DNA of 64,000 nucleotides, taken from contig DATLXU010000136.1 of NCBI GenBank assembly GCA_035575515.1, positions 14,850 through 78,849 of the forward strand, in the 5' to 3' direction. Each line of letters starts with the position of its first letter. Position 1 is the first letter of the stretch. Positions 50,967-60,886 of this stretch are shown here, in pieces. A program made the position numbers and the translations under genes. Source of the DNA: Blastocatellia bacterium (GTDB lineage Bacteria > Acidobacteriota > Blastocatellia > UBA7656). The notes under the pieces are model-generated. The model was not told the DNA's origin, made no database searches, and worked only from the letters and a program-made list of their open reading frames with translations.

Positions 50967-51581
50967 TTGATAGCGCAACTATCCGGCAAACTTATTCATA
51001 AACAGCCTAACACAATTATCATTGATGTCGGAGGCGTTGGTTACGAAGTTACGATTCCGCTTTCGACATTCTATGAATTGGGCGAGCCGGGCGCGGACGT
51101 TACGCTCAAGATTCACACGCACGTTCGCGAAGACCTCATTCAGCTATTCGGTTTCTTTACCGCTCTTGAAAAAGAACTATTCTTGAAGGTAACAACCGTG
51201 AGCGGCATAGGCCCGAAGCTCGGCATCACGATGTTATCAGGGATGCCTGCTGCTGAATTAATTCAGGCGATTCGCAACAACGACCTTGCGCGGCTCACGG
51301 CGATTCCAGGGGTCGGGCGCAAGACGGCTGAGCGAGTCGTCGTCGAGTTGCGTGATAAGCTCGGCGCAATTGCCATCGAAGAGACTGTGAGCGCGGCAGC
51401 CGCGAGCCGCGAGCTTGTCGTGACGGAAGCCGTGGTGCGCGACGACACGATTGCGGCGCTTATGTCGCTCGGCTACCCGAAGCCCGTTGCTGAAAAAGCA
51501 GTCTCAGCCGCAATGCGCGAAGAAGGCGAGCGCACAATAGAATCGGTTTTGAAGCGCTCGCTCATGCGACTCTCGCGTTGA
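50967..51581 (+). CDS. ruvA: Holliday junction DNA helicase subunit RuvA
   Basis: TTG start with a GGGGGA RBS; MIAQLSGKLI...; HhH motifs GIGPKLG and IPGVGRKTAERV. Confidence 0.9.
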   Translation: MIAQLSGKLIHKQPNTIIIDVGGVGYEVTIPLSTFYELGEPGADVTLKIHTHVREDLIQLFGFFTALEKELFLKVTTVSGIGPKLGITMLSGMPAAELIQAIRNNDLARLTAIPGVGRKTAERVVVELRDKLGAIAIEETVSAAAASRELVVTEAVVRDDTIAALMSLGYPKPVAEKAVSAAMREEGERTIESVLKRSLMRLSR

Positions 51582-51669
51582 AACATTTAGCGTTAAGGAA
51601 GCAATGTCGAGATTATGTTCGCGGTAAAGTTTCAGGTTAAAAAAGTGTTTCAAAAGAGTGTCTTTATGA

Positions 51670-51698
51670 TTGCTTTTTCATGAGGGCTTCCATATAAT
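51670..51698 (+). promoter_or_regulatory. sigma-70-like promoter candidate (TTGCTT-N17-TATAAT)
   Basis: Lies in the AT-rich ruvA-downstream spacer, 60 nt upstream of the ATG at 51758. Confidence 0.4.
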
Positions 51699-51757
51699 GC
51701 CGAACGTTTGATAGCAGGGAGCCTCAGTGCCTTAGGTTTTAAGCAGGGAAATACTGG

Positions 51758-52495
51758 ATGTCAGCAGAGTCGGCAAACTTAAATCTTGCGCCGTGTCCGG
51801 ATTGCGGCGGCACCGGATGGGAGTTAGTCGAAGGTCGCGGCGTTCGTCCCTGCCGCTGCAAAAAAGCGGCGCGTTCGGAAGTTCTTCTCTCGCAGGCGCG
51901 CATACCCGCCCGTTTCATGCATTGCTCGTTCGATAACTTCGAGCCGCTTCAACCGTCGCTCTATCGCGCGCTGATGAACGCGCGCAAGTTCGTCGACGAG
52001 TACCCGCTCGTTGATGTCGGGCTGTTATTTTTGGGAAGCTGTGGGGTGGGGAAGACTCATTTAGCGGTTTCTGCCTTGAAGGAGTTAATCAAGAAAGGGA
52101 TTCCCGGACTTTTTTACGACTTCCGCGATCTGCTCAAAGAGATTCAAGACAGCTACAACCCGAACACGCACACTTCGGAATTGAAGATTCTGACTCCCAT
52201 CTTCGACGCAGAGGTGCTCGTGCTTGACGAGCTTGGCGCAAGCAAGCCGACCGAGTGGGTACAGGAGACTATCACTCACATCATCAACAAGCGATACAAC
52301 GACAAGAAAGTAACCATCTTCACCTCGAACTACCTCGACATGCCAATCGGCACAGCTTACGGCGAGACGCTCACGGAACGCGTGGGTGTGCGATTGCGTT
52401 CGCGCCTTTATGAGATGTGCCGCCGCATTCTCATTGAAGGCGACGACTACCGCAAGATTATGGACAGCAAGCGCGGCGGGCGCTTCTCGTCATAG
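51758..52495 (+). CDS. DnaC/DnaI-like AAA+ ATPase (putative helicase-loader-type protein) with N-terminal zinc ribbon
   Basis: CPDCGGTGW...CRC ribbon; Walker [11 protein letters not shown]; Walker B VLVLDELG. Confidence 0.7.
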   Translation: MSAESANLNLAPCPDCGGTGWELVEGRGVRPCRCKKAARSEVLLSQARIPARFMHCSFDNFEPLQPSLYRALMNARKFVDEYPLVDVGLLFLGSCGVGKTHLAVSALKELIKKGIPGLFYDFRDLLKEIQDSYNPNTHTSELKILTPIFDAEVLVLDELGASKPTEWVQETITHIINKRYNDKKVTIFTSNYLDMPIGTAYGETLTERVGVRLRSRLYEMCRRILIEGDDYRKIMDSKRGGRFSS

Positions 52496-52531
52496 TAACT
52501 CGAAACCATTCCGACAATTTTGATCAGACCC

Positions 52532-54292
52532 TCATCGCTGCGACGTAGCTGGCTTCAGCTCGACATTGGCCGTTGTCAAGGTCGTGCCCATCACGCGCTG
52601 AAGCTCGGCAACGGCTTTGTTGTAATCTGTCATTGCGCGAAGCTCGCGGCCACGCGCTTCAGACAGAGCGTTTTGCCGTTCAAGCACAAAATAGGTCGTC
52701 GAAAGCCCTGCTTGAAATCGGCGCACTTCGCTTTCGTATTGCTTCTCGGCAGCCTCGCGCGAAGCCTGCGCTGTCTCGACCCGCTGCCGCGCAGTCTCAA
52801 CAGCTTGAATTGCGTTTCGCACTTCCACCTCGATTGATTGTTCGAGCAATTTGCGCTGCGAATCAATCTTGCGCCCTTCCGCAAGCGCGCGCCCCAATTG
52901 CCCTTCAGCAGTTCTATTCTTCAACGGAAAGCCGAATGAGACGCCGAAGCGAAACGTGCGAAAGTCGTTGCTAAATAGATTCTTCAAGCTCTGCGTGTAT
53001 CCGCCGATTAGAAAATCGGGCAGCGGCGCAGTCGGCGGTACAATTATCGGTGGAACGCCTGCAAGTCCCGACAACTCGTTGACGCGGTCAAGCAGTAAAC
53101 CGGTCGTTGACGAGAACGGATTGCCTGTGAGCGAGCGCGTTCCGCTCAGTCCCGTCGAAGTGTACGACGCAATCAAATCAACCTGCGGCTTCGTCTGGTT
53201 CTCGAAAAACTTCGTGTCAGTCTGATTGATCTCTTTTTGCAATTCGTTCTGAGCAAGCTCAGGGCGATTAGCAAACGCCGCGCGAGTGGCTTCGTTCAAA
53301 TCCAATGTCACATCGCGCAGGTCGGGCGTTTCAGTTGGGATGATCGGCTGATTCCACTGCTTCGCCTGCCGATCTCCGAGTATCAACTGTTTGAGCGCGT
53401 TTTCGGCTCGCGTGACCGCTTCGAGCGCGGTCAACACAGCTTCGTTCCTTCTCTCCAATTCAACTTCGACCGACACAAGCTCGATAGGCGCAAGCGTGCC
53501 TTCGTTGACTTTGCGTTGATTCGTCTCAAGCTGCGTGCGCGCCAGATCAACCGCTTCACGGCGAATCTGAACGTCTTTCAACGCGAATACTAAATCCCAA
53601 TAAGCGCGCTCGACGCGCGAGACTATGTCAATTGCGCGCTGGCGAAATTGACTGTCCGAAAGATCGAGCCTGCGATTCGCAATGCGAATGCGGCGGCGCG
53701 CATCGTCAATCGAGAAGTTGCGAAGTATTGGCTGACGAATCTGAATGTTGAGCGCAGTGTTGTACTGCGGGTTGAGCGAGACAAACTGGCTGTTTGTGTC
53801 AGACCGCGAGTTCGTGAATTGCGCGAGCCACTGGCCGCCCGTCGGCAACAACTGCGTCGCGGCAAAATCATAATTAAGCGTGCTCGTCGTCAGCGTGCCG
53901 TTTGCGCCGCCCGCGAGCACAGAGCCTACGGGCACAGTCCGATGCTCGTAGAAAATCGAGGCAGTCGTGCCGATGTCTCGCGCGCCGCGCGCCGCGAACA
54001 GATCGTAATCGGCCTGCTGCACGTTTATGCGCTCGACTTCGAGTTCGCGATTATTTTCGAGCGCCATCTTCACGGCATCAAACATCGTGAGCGCGAGCGG
54101 CTGGCTCTCGTCCACGCCGACGCGCGGCACGACTGGCGTTTGCGTGGTTGCAGGAGCCGCTTGCTTTGCCTCTTGCGATGGCTTCTCGGCGAGCTTGACG
54201 ATTTGCGCCGCGCTCGTCATCGGCAATGAAATGCAAACCAATGACGCAATTGCAAATGCGCGATAAATGAATGCCTTCTGATTAATCCACAT
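52532..54292 (-). CDS. outer membrane efflux protein (TolC-like OMF) of the RND system
   Basis: Start chosen at the ATG at 54292, preceded by an AAAGG RBS. The signal peptide is MWINQKAFIYRAFAIASLVCISLPMTSAAQ. The track ORF's first 135 codons overlap the RND gene 3' end and are rejected. Confidence 0.8.
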   Translation of the reverse strand: MWINQKAFIYRAFAIASLVCISLPMTSAAQIVKLAEKPSQEAKQAAPATTQTPVVPRVGVDESQPLALTMFDAVKMALENNRELEVERINVQQADYDLFAARGARDIGTTASIFYEHRTVPVGSVLAGGANGTLTTSTLNYDFAATQLLPTGGQWLAQFTNSRSDTNSQFVSLNPQYNTALNIQIRQPILRNFSIDDARRRIRIANRRLDLSDSQFRQRAIDIVSRVERAYWDLVFALKDVQIRREAVDLARTQLETNQRKVNEGTLAPIELVSVEVELERRNEAVLTALEAVTRAENALKQLILGDRQAKQWNQPIIPTETPDLRDVTLDLNEATRAAFANRPELAQNELQKEINQTDTKFFENQTKPQVDLIASYTSTGLSGTRSLTGNPFSSTTGLLLDRVNELSGLAGVPPIIVPPTAPLPDFLIGGYTQSLKNLFSNDFRTFRFGVSFGFPLKNRTAEGQLGRALAEGRKIDSQRKLLEQSIEVEVRNAIQAVETARQRVETAQASREAAEKQYESEVRRFQAGLSTTYFVLERQNALSEARGRELRAMTDYNKAVAELQRVMGTTLTTANVELKPATSQR

Positions 54293-54390
54293 AGCTTTTA
54301 CCTTTAAACCACAGAGAACGCGCGTGGGTCGCCGAACAAACCATCTCTGTGTCTTCTCCGTGCCTCTGTTACTCGGTAGTTCTTCTGCCA

Positions 54391-57300
54391 TTATCTGAAC
54401 AAACTTAGAAACGTTGACGTTGCGGATGCCAGCTTGCGACGCGCCCACGCGAACGGCATTCGCGCGCCTCGCGCGATGCGACCCCATACAGTCGAATTCG
54501 CCCAGTCGTCGAAGATCGAATAAGCCACTGGCGTCACGAGCAGCGTCAGCAGCAAACAGAGCGTCTGCCCGCCGATGATCATTATCGCAACCGACCGACG
54601 CGAGCCTGAGCCGGGTCCCGTACCAAATGCCATCGGAATCATCCCTGCGACAAGCGCAAACGTTGTCATAAGTATTGGTCTCATACGGTCGCGGCACGCT
54701 TGAATTATCGCGTCGTATCGCGGCATGCCTTCTCTTCGACGCAGGTTGTTCGCATGGTCAATCTGCAAGATCGAGTTCTTCTTGACGATTCCGAACAGCA
54801 CGAGCACGCCGATTGACGAGTAGATGATCGAAAAGTTCTGGCCCGTCGCGAAGAGCGAGATGATCGCGAACGGTATCGAAAGCGGCAGACTCAGCAAGAT
54901 GGTCACCGGATGGATGAAGCTCTCGAACTGCGCCGCCAAAATCATGTACATCAGAATCAGCGACAGCCCAAACGCCATCAGGAACGCGCCCGCAGCGCGC
55001 CCCATCTCGCGCGAGCGCCCGCTGAACTCCGCCTCATATCCGTGATCCATCTGAACCGAGGGCAATTGCTTCATCAATCCCGCCATCACTTCCGATGCCG
55101 AGTGCCCGCGCGCGACGTTAGTCGAGATTACGACCTGCCGCTGCCGATTGTAACGATCAATCTGTGCCGGACCCGTGCCTTCGCTGAGCGAGACGACGTT
55201 ATCGAGCCGCACGTTTCCGGCCTTCAATGAGGGGACATAGAGTTGCGCGACGCCGCTCGCGTCAGCGCGATACTTTTCATCAACGCGCAACCGAACGTCG
55301 TAACGATCATCGCCTTCTTTGTATGAAGAGATGACCTGCCCGCCGACCATCGTGCGCAGCGCGCCCGCAATTGAGCCGACTGATACGCCAAGATCGCTCG
55401 CCTTGTCGCGATTGATGTTGACGCGCACTTCGGGCTTGCCCTCTTCGAGCGTCGTGTCAGTGTCGACAGCGCCCGGCGTGTTGCGCAGAATCTCGACAAC
55501 CTTGTTTGAATACTCTTTCAGTTTGGCAATCTCTGGCCCGCGAATGACGAACACAACGTCGGCGTTCACAAAGCCGCCGCCAGAGATTGCGCCGGGAACC
55601 TGCACAGCAGGGTGATAGGGCAAATATTCAGGATTTGATTGGAACCAGTTGCGCGCTGCCGCAATCAATTGCTGCTGCGAGACACTGCGCTCCTCCATCG
55701 GGACAAGATCGAAGAATATCGAAGCGCGATTGACTCGCTGCTGCTGGTCAGCGCCTACCGATGTGAGGATATGACCCACAACGCCCTGCGGAAAATCATT
55801 CTTCATCCTCTCGCTCAACTCGCGAACAACTTTGTCCGTCGTATCAAGCGATGCGCCTTCAGGGAGTCTCAGCGTCACTTCCATCTGCGCTTGATCATCC
55901 TGCGGCAAAAAGTCTTTTCCGATCCACTGGAAGAGCCAGAACGAAGAGATAGTCACAAGAAACGCCGCCAGAACAATCGTCTTGCGATGTGCCATTGACC
56001 ACTTGAGCATCGCCGTGTACGGGCCGTCAATGTAGCGGTACAGCTTCGATTCTTTCGACGAGTGTTTGCCTTCCTTCTTCCTGATGAACCGCGAAGCAAG
56101 CATCGGAGTGATCGTAAAGCTCACAAACAGCGACACGGCTATTGCAAACGCAGCAGTCCATCCGAAGCCCGCCATGAAGCGACCGACTATTCCGGTCATA
56201 AACGCGAGCGGCAGGAAGATGATTATCAGCGAAAAGGTCGTCGCCATGACCGCAAGGCCAACGTCTTTCGTGCCAGCTATCGCAGCGGCAATCGGAGACA
56301 TGCCCTTTTCTTCGATGAAGTGGTAGATGTTTTCAAGCACAACTATTGCGTCGTCTATTACGATTCCGACGCACAGCACGAGCGCGAGCATCGTGATGTT
56401 GTTGAGCGTAAGGTTCAAATACCACATCAGCGCGTAGGTGGCGATGATTGAGGTCGGAATCGCTATGCTTGAAATGATCGTCGCGCGGAAGTTGCGAATG
56501 AAAACGAGCACGACGAGCGCGGCAAAAAGCGCGCCCATCAACAGGTGCTCCTGAATCGCGTGGAACGAACCTTTTATGAACGTCGACTGATCGCGCACGA
56601 CCTGCACGTTGAAGTCAGGCGGCAGATTCTTTTTAATCTCTGCGAGCCGCTGCTTCACCGAGTCAACAACCTGCACAGTGTTTGTGCCTGACTGCTTGCG
56701 AATCTCAAGCACGACGGCCTGCTCGCCATCGAGTCGCGCTATAGTGCGAGGTTCTTCAACGCCGTCTTCAACATAAGCGATGTCGCGCACGCGAACAGGA
56801 GCCGAGCCGACATTGGCGACGATGATGTTGTTAAAATCTTCGACGCGCTCAACACGGCCCATCGTGCGCAGTGTCATCTCATTTGCGCCCTGCTCCAATC
56901 GCCCGCCAGGAATCTCGATGTTCTGCGAAGCGATGCCCTGCCGCACCTGATCAACCGTCAGGTTGTAGGCGCGCAACTTGTTCGGGTCGAGAACAATTTG
57001 AATCTCGCGCTTGCGGTCGCCGATGAATCGGACCTGGCCGACGCCGGACATTGACTCGATGTTCTGCTTAACCTGCTTGTCTACTATTTCAGTTATCTCG
57101 CGCAGGCTACGCTTGCCCGACACGGCTACAGACATCACGGGCGCGGCGTCAACGTCGAGCTTTTCAATCACAGGCGGGTCGGCGTCTTCGGGCAGGTCCC
57201 TGAGAATGCGGTTGACGCGGTCACGCACGTCTGAGGCTGCCTCATCCCCGTTTCGCTCAAGCACGAAAGTGATGAAGACCTGCGACACGCCTTCAGCAGA

Positions 57301-57552
57301 AACTGATCGAAGCTCGTCAATGCCTTCAATCGTGTTGACAGCTTCTTCAATCTTCTTCGTGACCTGCGACTCGATCTCTTCGGGCGACGCGCCTTGCACA
57401 ACTGTCGTGATGGTGATGGTCGGGAATTCAACCTTCGGGAAGAGGTCAACGCCCAGCTTCAGATAGGCGAATCCGCCAATCACGATCATGGCAAGCCCAA
57501 TCATCGTCGCGAAAACTGGCCGTTTAATACATATCTCTGCGAGCTTTTGCAT
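54391..57552 (-). CDS. RND multidrug efflux transporter permease (AcrB/AcrD/AcrF family)
   Basis: 1053 aa, 12 TM, two large periplasmic loops; MQKLAEICIKRPVFATMIGLAMIV N-terminus. Confidence 0.95.
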   Translation of the reverse strand: MQKLAEICIKRPVFATMIGLAMIVIGGFAYLKLGVDLFPKVEFPTITITTVVQGASPEEIESQVTKKIEEAVNTIEGIDELRSVSAEGVSQVFITFVLERNGDEAASDVRDRVNRILRDLPEDADPPVIEKLDVDAAPVMSVAVSGKRSLREITEIVDKQVKQNIESMSGVGQVRFIGDRKREIQIVLDPNKLRAYNLTVDQVRQGIASQNIEIPGGRLEQGANEMTLRTMGRVERVEDFNNIIVANVGSAPVRVRDIAYVEDGVEEPRTIARLDGEQAVVLEIRKQSGTNTVQVVDSVKQRLAEIKKNLPPDFNVQVVRDQSTFIKGSFHAIQEHLLMGALFAALVVLVFIRNFRATIISSIAIPTSIIATYALMWYLNLTLNNITMLALVLCVGIVIDDAIVVLENIYHFIEEKGMSPIAAAIAGTKDVGLAVMATTFSLIIIFLPLAFMTGIVGRFMAGFGWTAAFAIAVSLFVSFTITPMLASRFIRKKEGKHSSKESKLYRYIDGPYTAMLKWSMAHRKTIVLAAFLVTISSFWLFQWIGKDFLPQDDQAQMEVTLRLPEGASLDTTDKVVRELSERMKNDFPQGVVGHILTSVGADQQQRVNRASIFFDLVPMEERSVSQQQLIAAARNWFQSNPEYLPYHPAVQVPGAISGGGFVNADVVFVIRGPEIAKLKEYSNKVVEILRNTPGAVDTDTTLEEGKPEVRVNINRDKASDLGVSVGSIAGALRTMVGGQVISSYKEGDDRYDVRLRVDEKYRADASGVAQLYVPSLKAGNVRLDNVVSLSEGTGPAQIDRYNRQRQVVISTNVARGHSASEVMAGLMKQLPSVQMDHGYEAEFSGRSREMGRAAGAFLMAFGLSLILMYMILAAQFESFIHPVTILLSLPLSIPFAIISLFATGQNFSIIYSSIGVLVLFGIVKKNSILQIDHANNLRRREGMPRYDAIIQACRDRMRPILMTTFALVAGMIPMAFGTGPGSGSRRSVAIMIIGGQTLCLLLTLLVTPVAYSIFDDWANSTVWGRIARGARMPFAWARRKLASATSTFLSLFR

Positions 57553-57590
57553 ATTTCCTCAGTAGTCTATGATCAATGGTTAGTTATCTG

Positions 57591-57628
57591 AGTACTATTG
57601 CCTTGAAAATGGCTCTGGAAGCCTGTTT
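57591..57628. repeat. 38-bp imperfect palindrome ATTGCCTTGAAAATGGCT-CTGGA-AGCCTGTTTCAAGGC; second copy of the element at 8888-8925 with the loop inverted
   Basis: Near-identical arms to the copy at 8888-8925, with loop CTGGA versus TCCAG. It lies in the RND-MFP spacer. Confidence 0.65.
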
Positions 57629-57663
57629 CAAGGCAACAGCCACCCTGGCCCCCGACCCTTATT

Positions 57664-58875
57664 CTATGATGCAGCCACGCTTGCTCCATCGTGGAGCTGT
57701 TCGGTGTTGCTCGTTATAACACGGTCGCCGAGCTTGACACCCTCAACAATCTCGACCAGCGAGCCGTCGTGCGTTCCTAATTTCACCTGCCGCTCGACTG
57801 CTTTGTCGCCTTCGACAACGAAGACTTTGTTTATGCCCGCGAGCGATACGACTGCTTTTTCAGGAACCATCAGCGCCGTGCCCTTAGCGTTCGATACGAT
57901 CTGCGCGCGGGCGAACATGCCGGGTCGCAACTGACCTGATTCGTTCGGCACTTCGGCTTCCGCGATGAGCGAGCGATTCTTTTCGTCAACCGAAGGGTTG
58001 ATGCGTCGGATTATGCCTTTGAACTCGCGGTCAGGGAATGAATCAACCTTAAGCGTCACGGTCTGGCCCTGTCCAATGTTTGCCGCGAAGGTTTCCGGCA
58101 CTTCGAGCCTGAGCCTGAGCGGATGTATTTGAACGATGGTCACGATTGGCTTGCCCGGCTGAAGGTACTCGCCACGCGAGGCAATCTTCTCTTTAACAAC
58201 GCCGTTGATCGGAGAGATGATGGCCGTGTCGGTCAACTGCTTCTTTGCAAGGTCGAGCGCGGCGCGCTTTTCTTCGAGCACAGCTTCGAGATTGCGCACG
58301 TTTTCAAGCGCGGCTTCGTAACGCGCTTCGGCCTGCTCGAACGTTCGCTGATAAACGTCTAGCTGCTGCCTGGAAATATCGCCAGTCTCTGCCAGCTTCT
58401 CGGCGGCGTTCAGATCGTAGCGGGCGCGCTCAAGCCCTGACCGTGCCTGTCGCACGTCGGGCTGCTTTTCGCGGTTGAGCTTCTCGCCCCGCTTCACGCC
58501 AAGTCTAGCTTCGGCCTGACGCAGCGCAGCTTCAGCCTGTTCGACCTTCAATCGAAGCTCGCGCTCATCAAGGCGGCCAATCGTCTGCCCGCGATGCACG
58601 GGCGAGCCTACGTCAACCGTGATCTCATCGAGGTTGCCCGATGCCTGGCTCGACACAGTCACTTCGTCTTCAGCTTCGAGCGAGCCTACGACTTCGAGAC
58701 CGCGCTGAATGTCGCGTTCTACGACCTGCGTCGTCGAAACCTGAATGGGCGCGCCTTGCGCGCTGTTCATATTCTTAGTGTTCGCCTCCTGCTTGCTGCC
58801 CGAACAGGCTGCTAGCAGGGTGAGCGACGAAAGCAGGAAAACAGCAGCGAGTTTCTTTGCATTCCTTTTTATCAT
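57664..58875 (-). CDS. RND efflux membrane fusion protein (periplasmic adaptor, HlyD family)
   Basis: Start placed at the ATG giving lipoprotein signal MIKRNAKKLAAVFLLSSLTLLAAC. It has a coiled-coil hairpin and a beta-barrel. Track start 58914 is an alternative. Confidence 0.85.
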   Translation of the reverse strand: MIKRNAKKLAAVFLLSSLTLLAACSGSKQEANTKNMNSAQGAPIQVSTTQVVERDIQRGLEVVGSLEAEDEVTVSSQASGNLDEITVDVGSPVHRGQTIGRLDERELRLKVEQAEAALRQAEARLGVKRGEKLNREKQPDVRQARSGLERARYDLNAAEKLAETGDISRQQLDVYQRTFEQAEARYEAALENVRNLEAVLEEKRAALDLAKKQLTDTAIISPINGVVKEKIASRGEYLQPGKPIVTIVQIHPLRLRLEVPETFAANIGQGQTVTLKVDSFPDREFKGIIRRINPSVDEKNRSLIAEAEVPNESGQLRPGMFARAQIVSNAKGTALMVPEKAVVSLAGINKVFVVEGDKAVERQVKLGTHDGSLVEIVEGVKLGDRVITSNTEQLHDGASVAAS

Positions 58876-58946
58876 TGCGGTGGTCATCTTGTATCTCATT
58901 ACTAAGTTGCTCATTAGTGAGCGGGGTAGGGAACATGTCTTCTTAG

Positions 58947-59612
58947 TTAAACGGATTTTCGCCTGTTGCTCTTGTGTTCGGGCGCGCGAATGCCGCTCAT
59001 GAAAAGCTCAACGAAGCGGTCTGCAATCGCGCGGTTAGAGAGTTTTACGTCATCGAATTGGAACAGGTTCCGAACCTGCACCTGATGCAGAACCATTCCA
59101 ACGAAAGCGCGCGCGGCCACCGCCGGGTCTACCTTGCGGAACGCTCCGTCGGCGATGCGCTGTTTGATATAGCGGCGTATGTGATTTTTTGTTTCGCGGG
59201 CGCTCGTGTGAAAAAATATCTCAGACAGGTCGTGCCCTTCGAGCGCGCTGAAGAGCAGCAGCCGCATGAAGGTCTTGTCTTTCTCATGAAACTCAAGCAT
59301 TTCGAATGCGAGCGTGCCGAAAAAGGCGGCGTCGTCTTTGCGACTCGCGGCTTCCTTCAGATGGACTTGGAGTCGCTCGGCGCTCTGCCGGACCTTGTAA
59401 TCTAAAATCGCTGTGTAGAGATCGTCTTTTGTGGCGAAGTGGCGAAAGATGATGGCTTCGCTTACGCCCGCGCGGTCGGCAATCTCTTTAGTAGTCGTGC
59501 CGCTGAACCCCTTTTGAGAGAAAAGCTCCGCAGCGACATTGACAATCTGAAGCCGCCTGTCGCGGGCCGTCATGCGCGCGCCTGCCGCCCTGCTCGCAAT
59601 TGCAGTGACCAT
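58947..59612 (-). CDS. TetR/AcrR-family transcriptional regulator
   Basis: HTH TTKEIADRAGVSEAIIFRHFATKDDLY. It is the first gene of the efflux operon. Confidence 0.85.
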   Translation of the reverse strand: MVTAIASRAAGARMTARDRRLQIVNVAAELFSQKGFSGTTTKEIADRAGVSEAIIFRHFATKDDLYTAILDYKVRQSAERLQVHLKEAASRKDDAAFFGTLAFEMLEFHEKDKTFMRLLLFSALEGHDLSEIFFHTSARETKNHIRRYIKQRIADGAFRKVDPAVAARAFVGMVLHQVQVRNLFQFDDVKLSNRAIADRFVELFMSGIRAPEHKSNRRKSV

Positions 59613-59632
59613 ATGAATCCCCCGATTGAAGT

Positions 59633-59646
59633 AAGTAAGTACTTAC
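59633..59646. promoter_or_regulatory. putative TetR operator: perfect 14-bp palindrome AGTAAGTACTTACT
   Basis: Lies 21 bp upstream of the tetR start codon. Confidence 0.45.
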
Positions 59647-60053
59647 TATAGCAAGCCGAACGAACCAAAGCAAATTTAAGTTCGATTTTTTTCGCTGCCG
59701 GCCTCTTTGTCGGGGAAGATGAAGCTTTGTTATTATCATCCCGCTTTTACTAGGGGGAGCGAAAGGACGAACAATACGGAGCGATTCGCAATGGCACTGA
59801 CTCAGGCGGCAACCCGATAAACGGCACGCCGCGAGCGAAGAACTCTGTGACGACTTGACGAAGCAGGCGAGATCGTCATGAGGCGAAATGGCGCTCAATC
59901 GGAGGATATGAGTGCACTAAAACGCTCATCCTCTTTCCTGTTTTTCCTTTTCGCCTCATTTCTTAACACGCTCTATTTGACATGCGATGGACGGTCGAGT
60001 ACCATCCTCGCGCCTGTTAAGGGTTGTATTGAGCCTTACGCGTTCAATCTGAA

Positions 60054-60548
60054 ATGGCTATGGAAACGGCGACAAACGATTCTGTGCGGTTGCGACGTGC
60101 AACGGCGGATGACGAATCTTTTCTGTTTGAGTTGTATCGAAGCGTGCGAGCCGAAGAGATGGCCGCATGGGGATTAGATTCAGCGCAGCAGGAGATGATT
60201 TTGAAGTTACAGTTCACGGCTCAACAGCGCCACTACGACATAGCTTTTGCGGGGGCCGATCACCAAATCATAATTCTCAATGAGCAGCCAGCCGGAAGAA
60301 TTATGGTTTATCGGTCTGAGAGCGAGGTTCGGCTCGTTGACATCGCTCTTTTGTCGGAGCACAGAGGAAAAGGCGTTGGGGCTATGATAGTCAGTTCACT
60401 GATTGAAGAATCGCGGGCGGCCAGCAAGCCTGTCACGCTCCATGTTGCAAAGGATAATCGCGCCGCTCGGCTCTATGAGCGGCTTGGGTTTCAAATAACG
60501 GGCGATACTGGCAGCCATTATAAAATGGAGTGGTGGCCTAAAGATTAA
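60054..60548 (+). CDS. GNAT-family N-acetyltransferase
   Basis: 164 aa. The acetyl-CoA-binding motif region is RGKGVGAMIVSSLIEES...RLYERLGF. Confidence 0.8.
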   Translation: MAMETATNDSVRLRRATADDESFLFELYRSVRAEEMAAWGLDSAQQEMILKLQFTAQQRHYDIAFAGADHQIIILNEQPAGRIMVYRSESEVRLVDIALLSEHRGKGVGAMIVSSLIEESRAASKPVTLHVAKDNRAARLYERLGFQITGDTGSHYKMEWWPKD

Positions 60549-60579
60549 TCAATCGAGTTAATCAATCGAGCGGGGATTT

Positions 60580-60885
60580 ATGAATATGCCGGAGCGTTTT
60601 TCTATTGATATGTTCTCAGATTGCGTGAATACGAAGTTCGTGGTGCATTACGGCGATTCGCAAACAGCGAATCTTGAGCTTGTTAGCGTGACAGATGTCG
60701 GATCGTCGGCTCGCCAGGTTCAGTTCTCTCTGGTATTTGTGGGGCGCATCAATGGCGCAATCGAGCAGAGAATTTACCGCCTTGAGCATGAAAAGCTCGG
60801 CCAGCTCGACCTGTTTCTTGTTCCCATCGGCATGGACAAAAACGGCGTGCAGTACGAAGCCATTTGCAATTACGTGATTGAATAG
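60580..60885 (+). CDS. hypothetical protein (101 aa); cytoplasmic paralog of the Tat-secreted protein at 61509-62006
   Basis: Shares the pattern Y-x-L-E/Q-H-E/A-K-L-G-x-L/F-x-L-F-L/I-V-P with the 165-aa minus-strand ORF. Confidence 0.5.
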   Translation: MNMPERFSIDMFSDCVNTKFVVHYGDSQTANLELVSVTDVGSSARQVQFSLVFVGRINGAIEQRIYRLEHEKLGQLDLFLVPIGMDKNGVQYEAICNYVIE

Positions 60886-60886
60886 C

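Noticed and set aside
52573-54266. Plus-strand ORFs 52573..52974, 52851..53225, 53237..53593, 53648..54229 and 54027..54266 within the TolC-like gene.
   Set aside because: They are antisense to an ORF with signal peptide and OMF features, and show low-complexity Arg-rich translations.
54293-54697. N-terminal 135 codons of track ORF 52532..54697.
   Set aside because: This extension overlaps the 3' end of the RND pump gene. The ATG at 54292 gives a proper signal peptide directly at the N-terminus with an upstream RBS.
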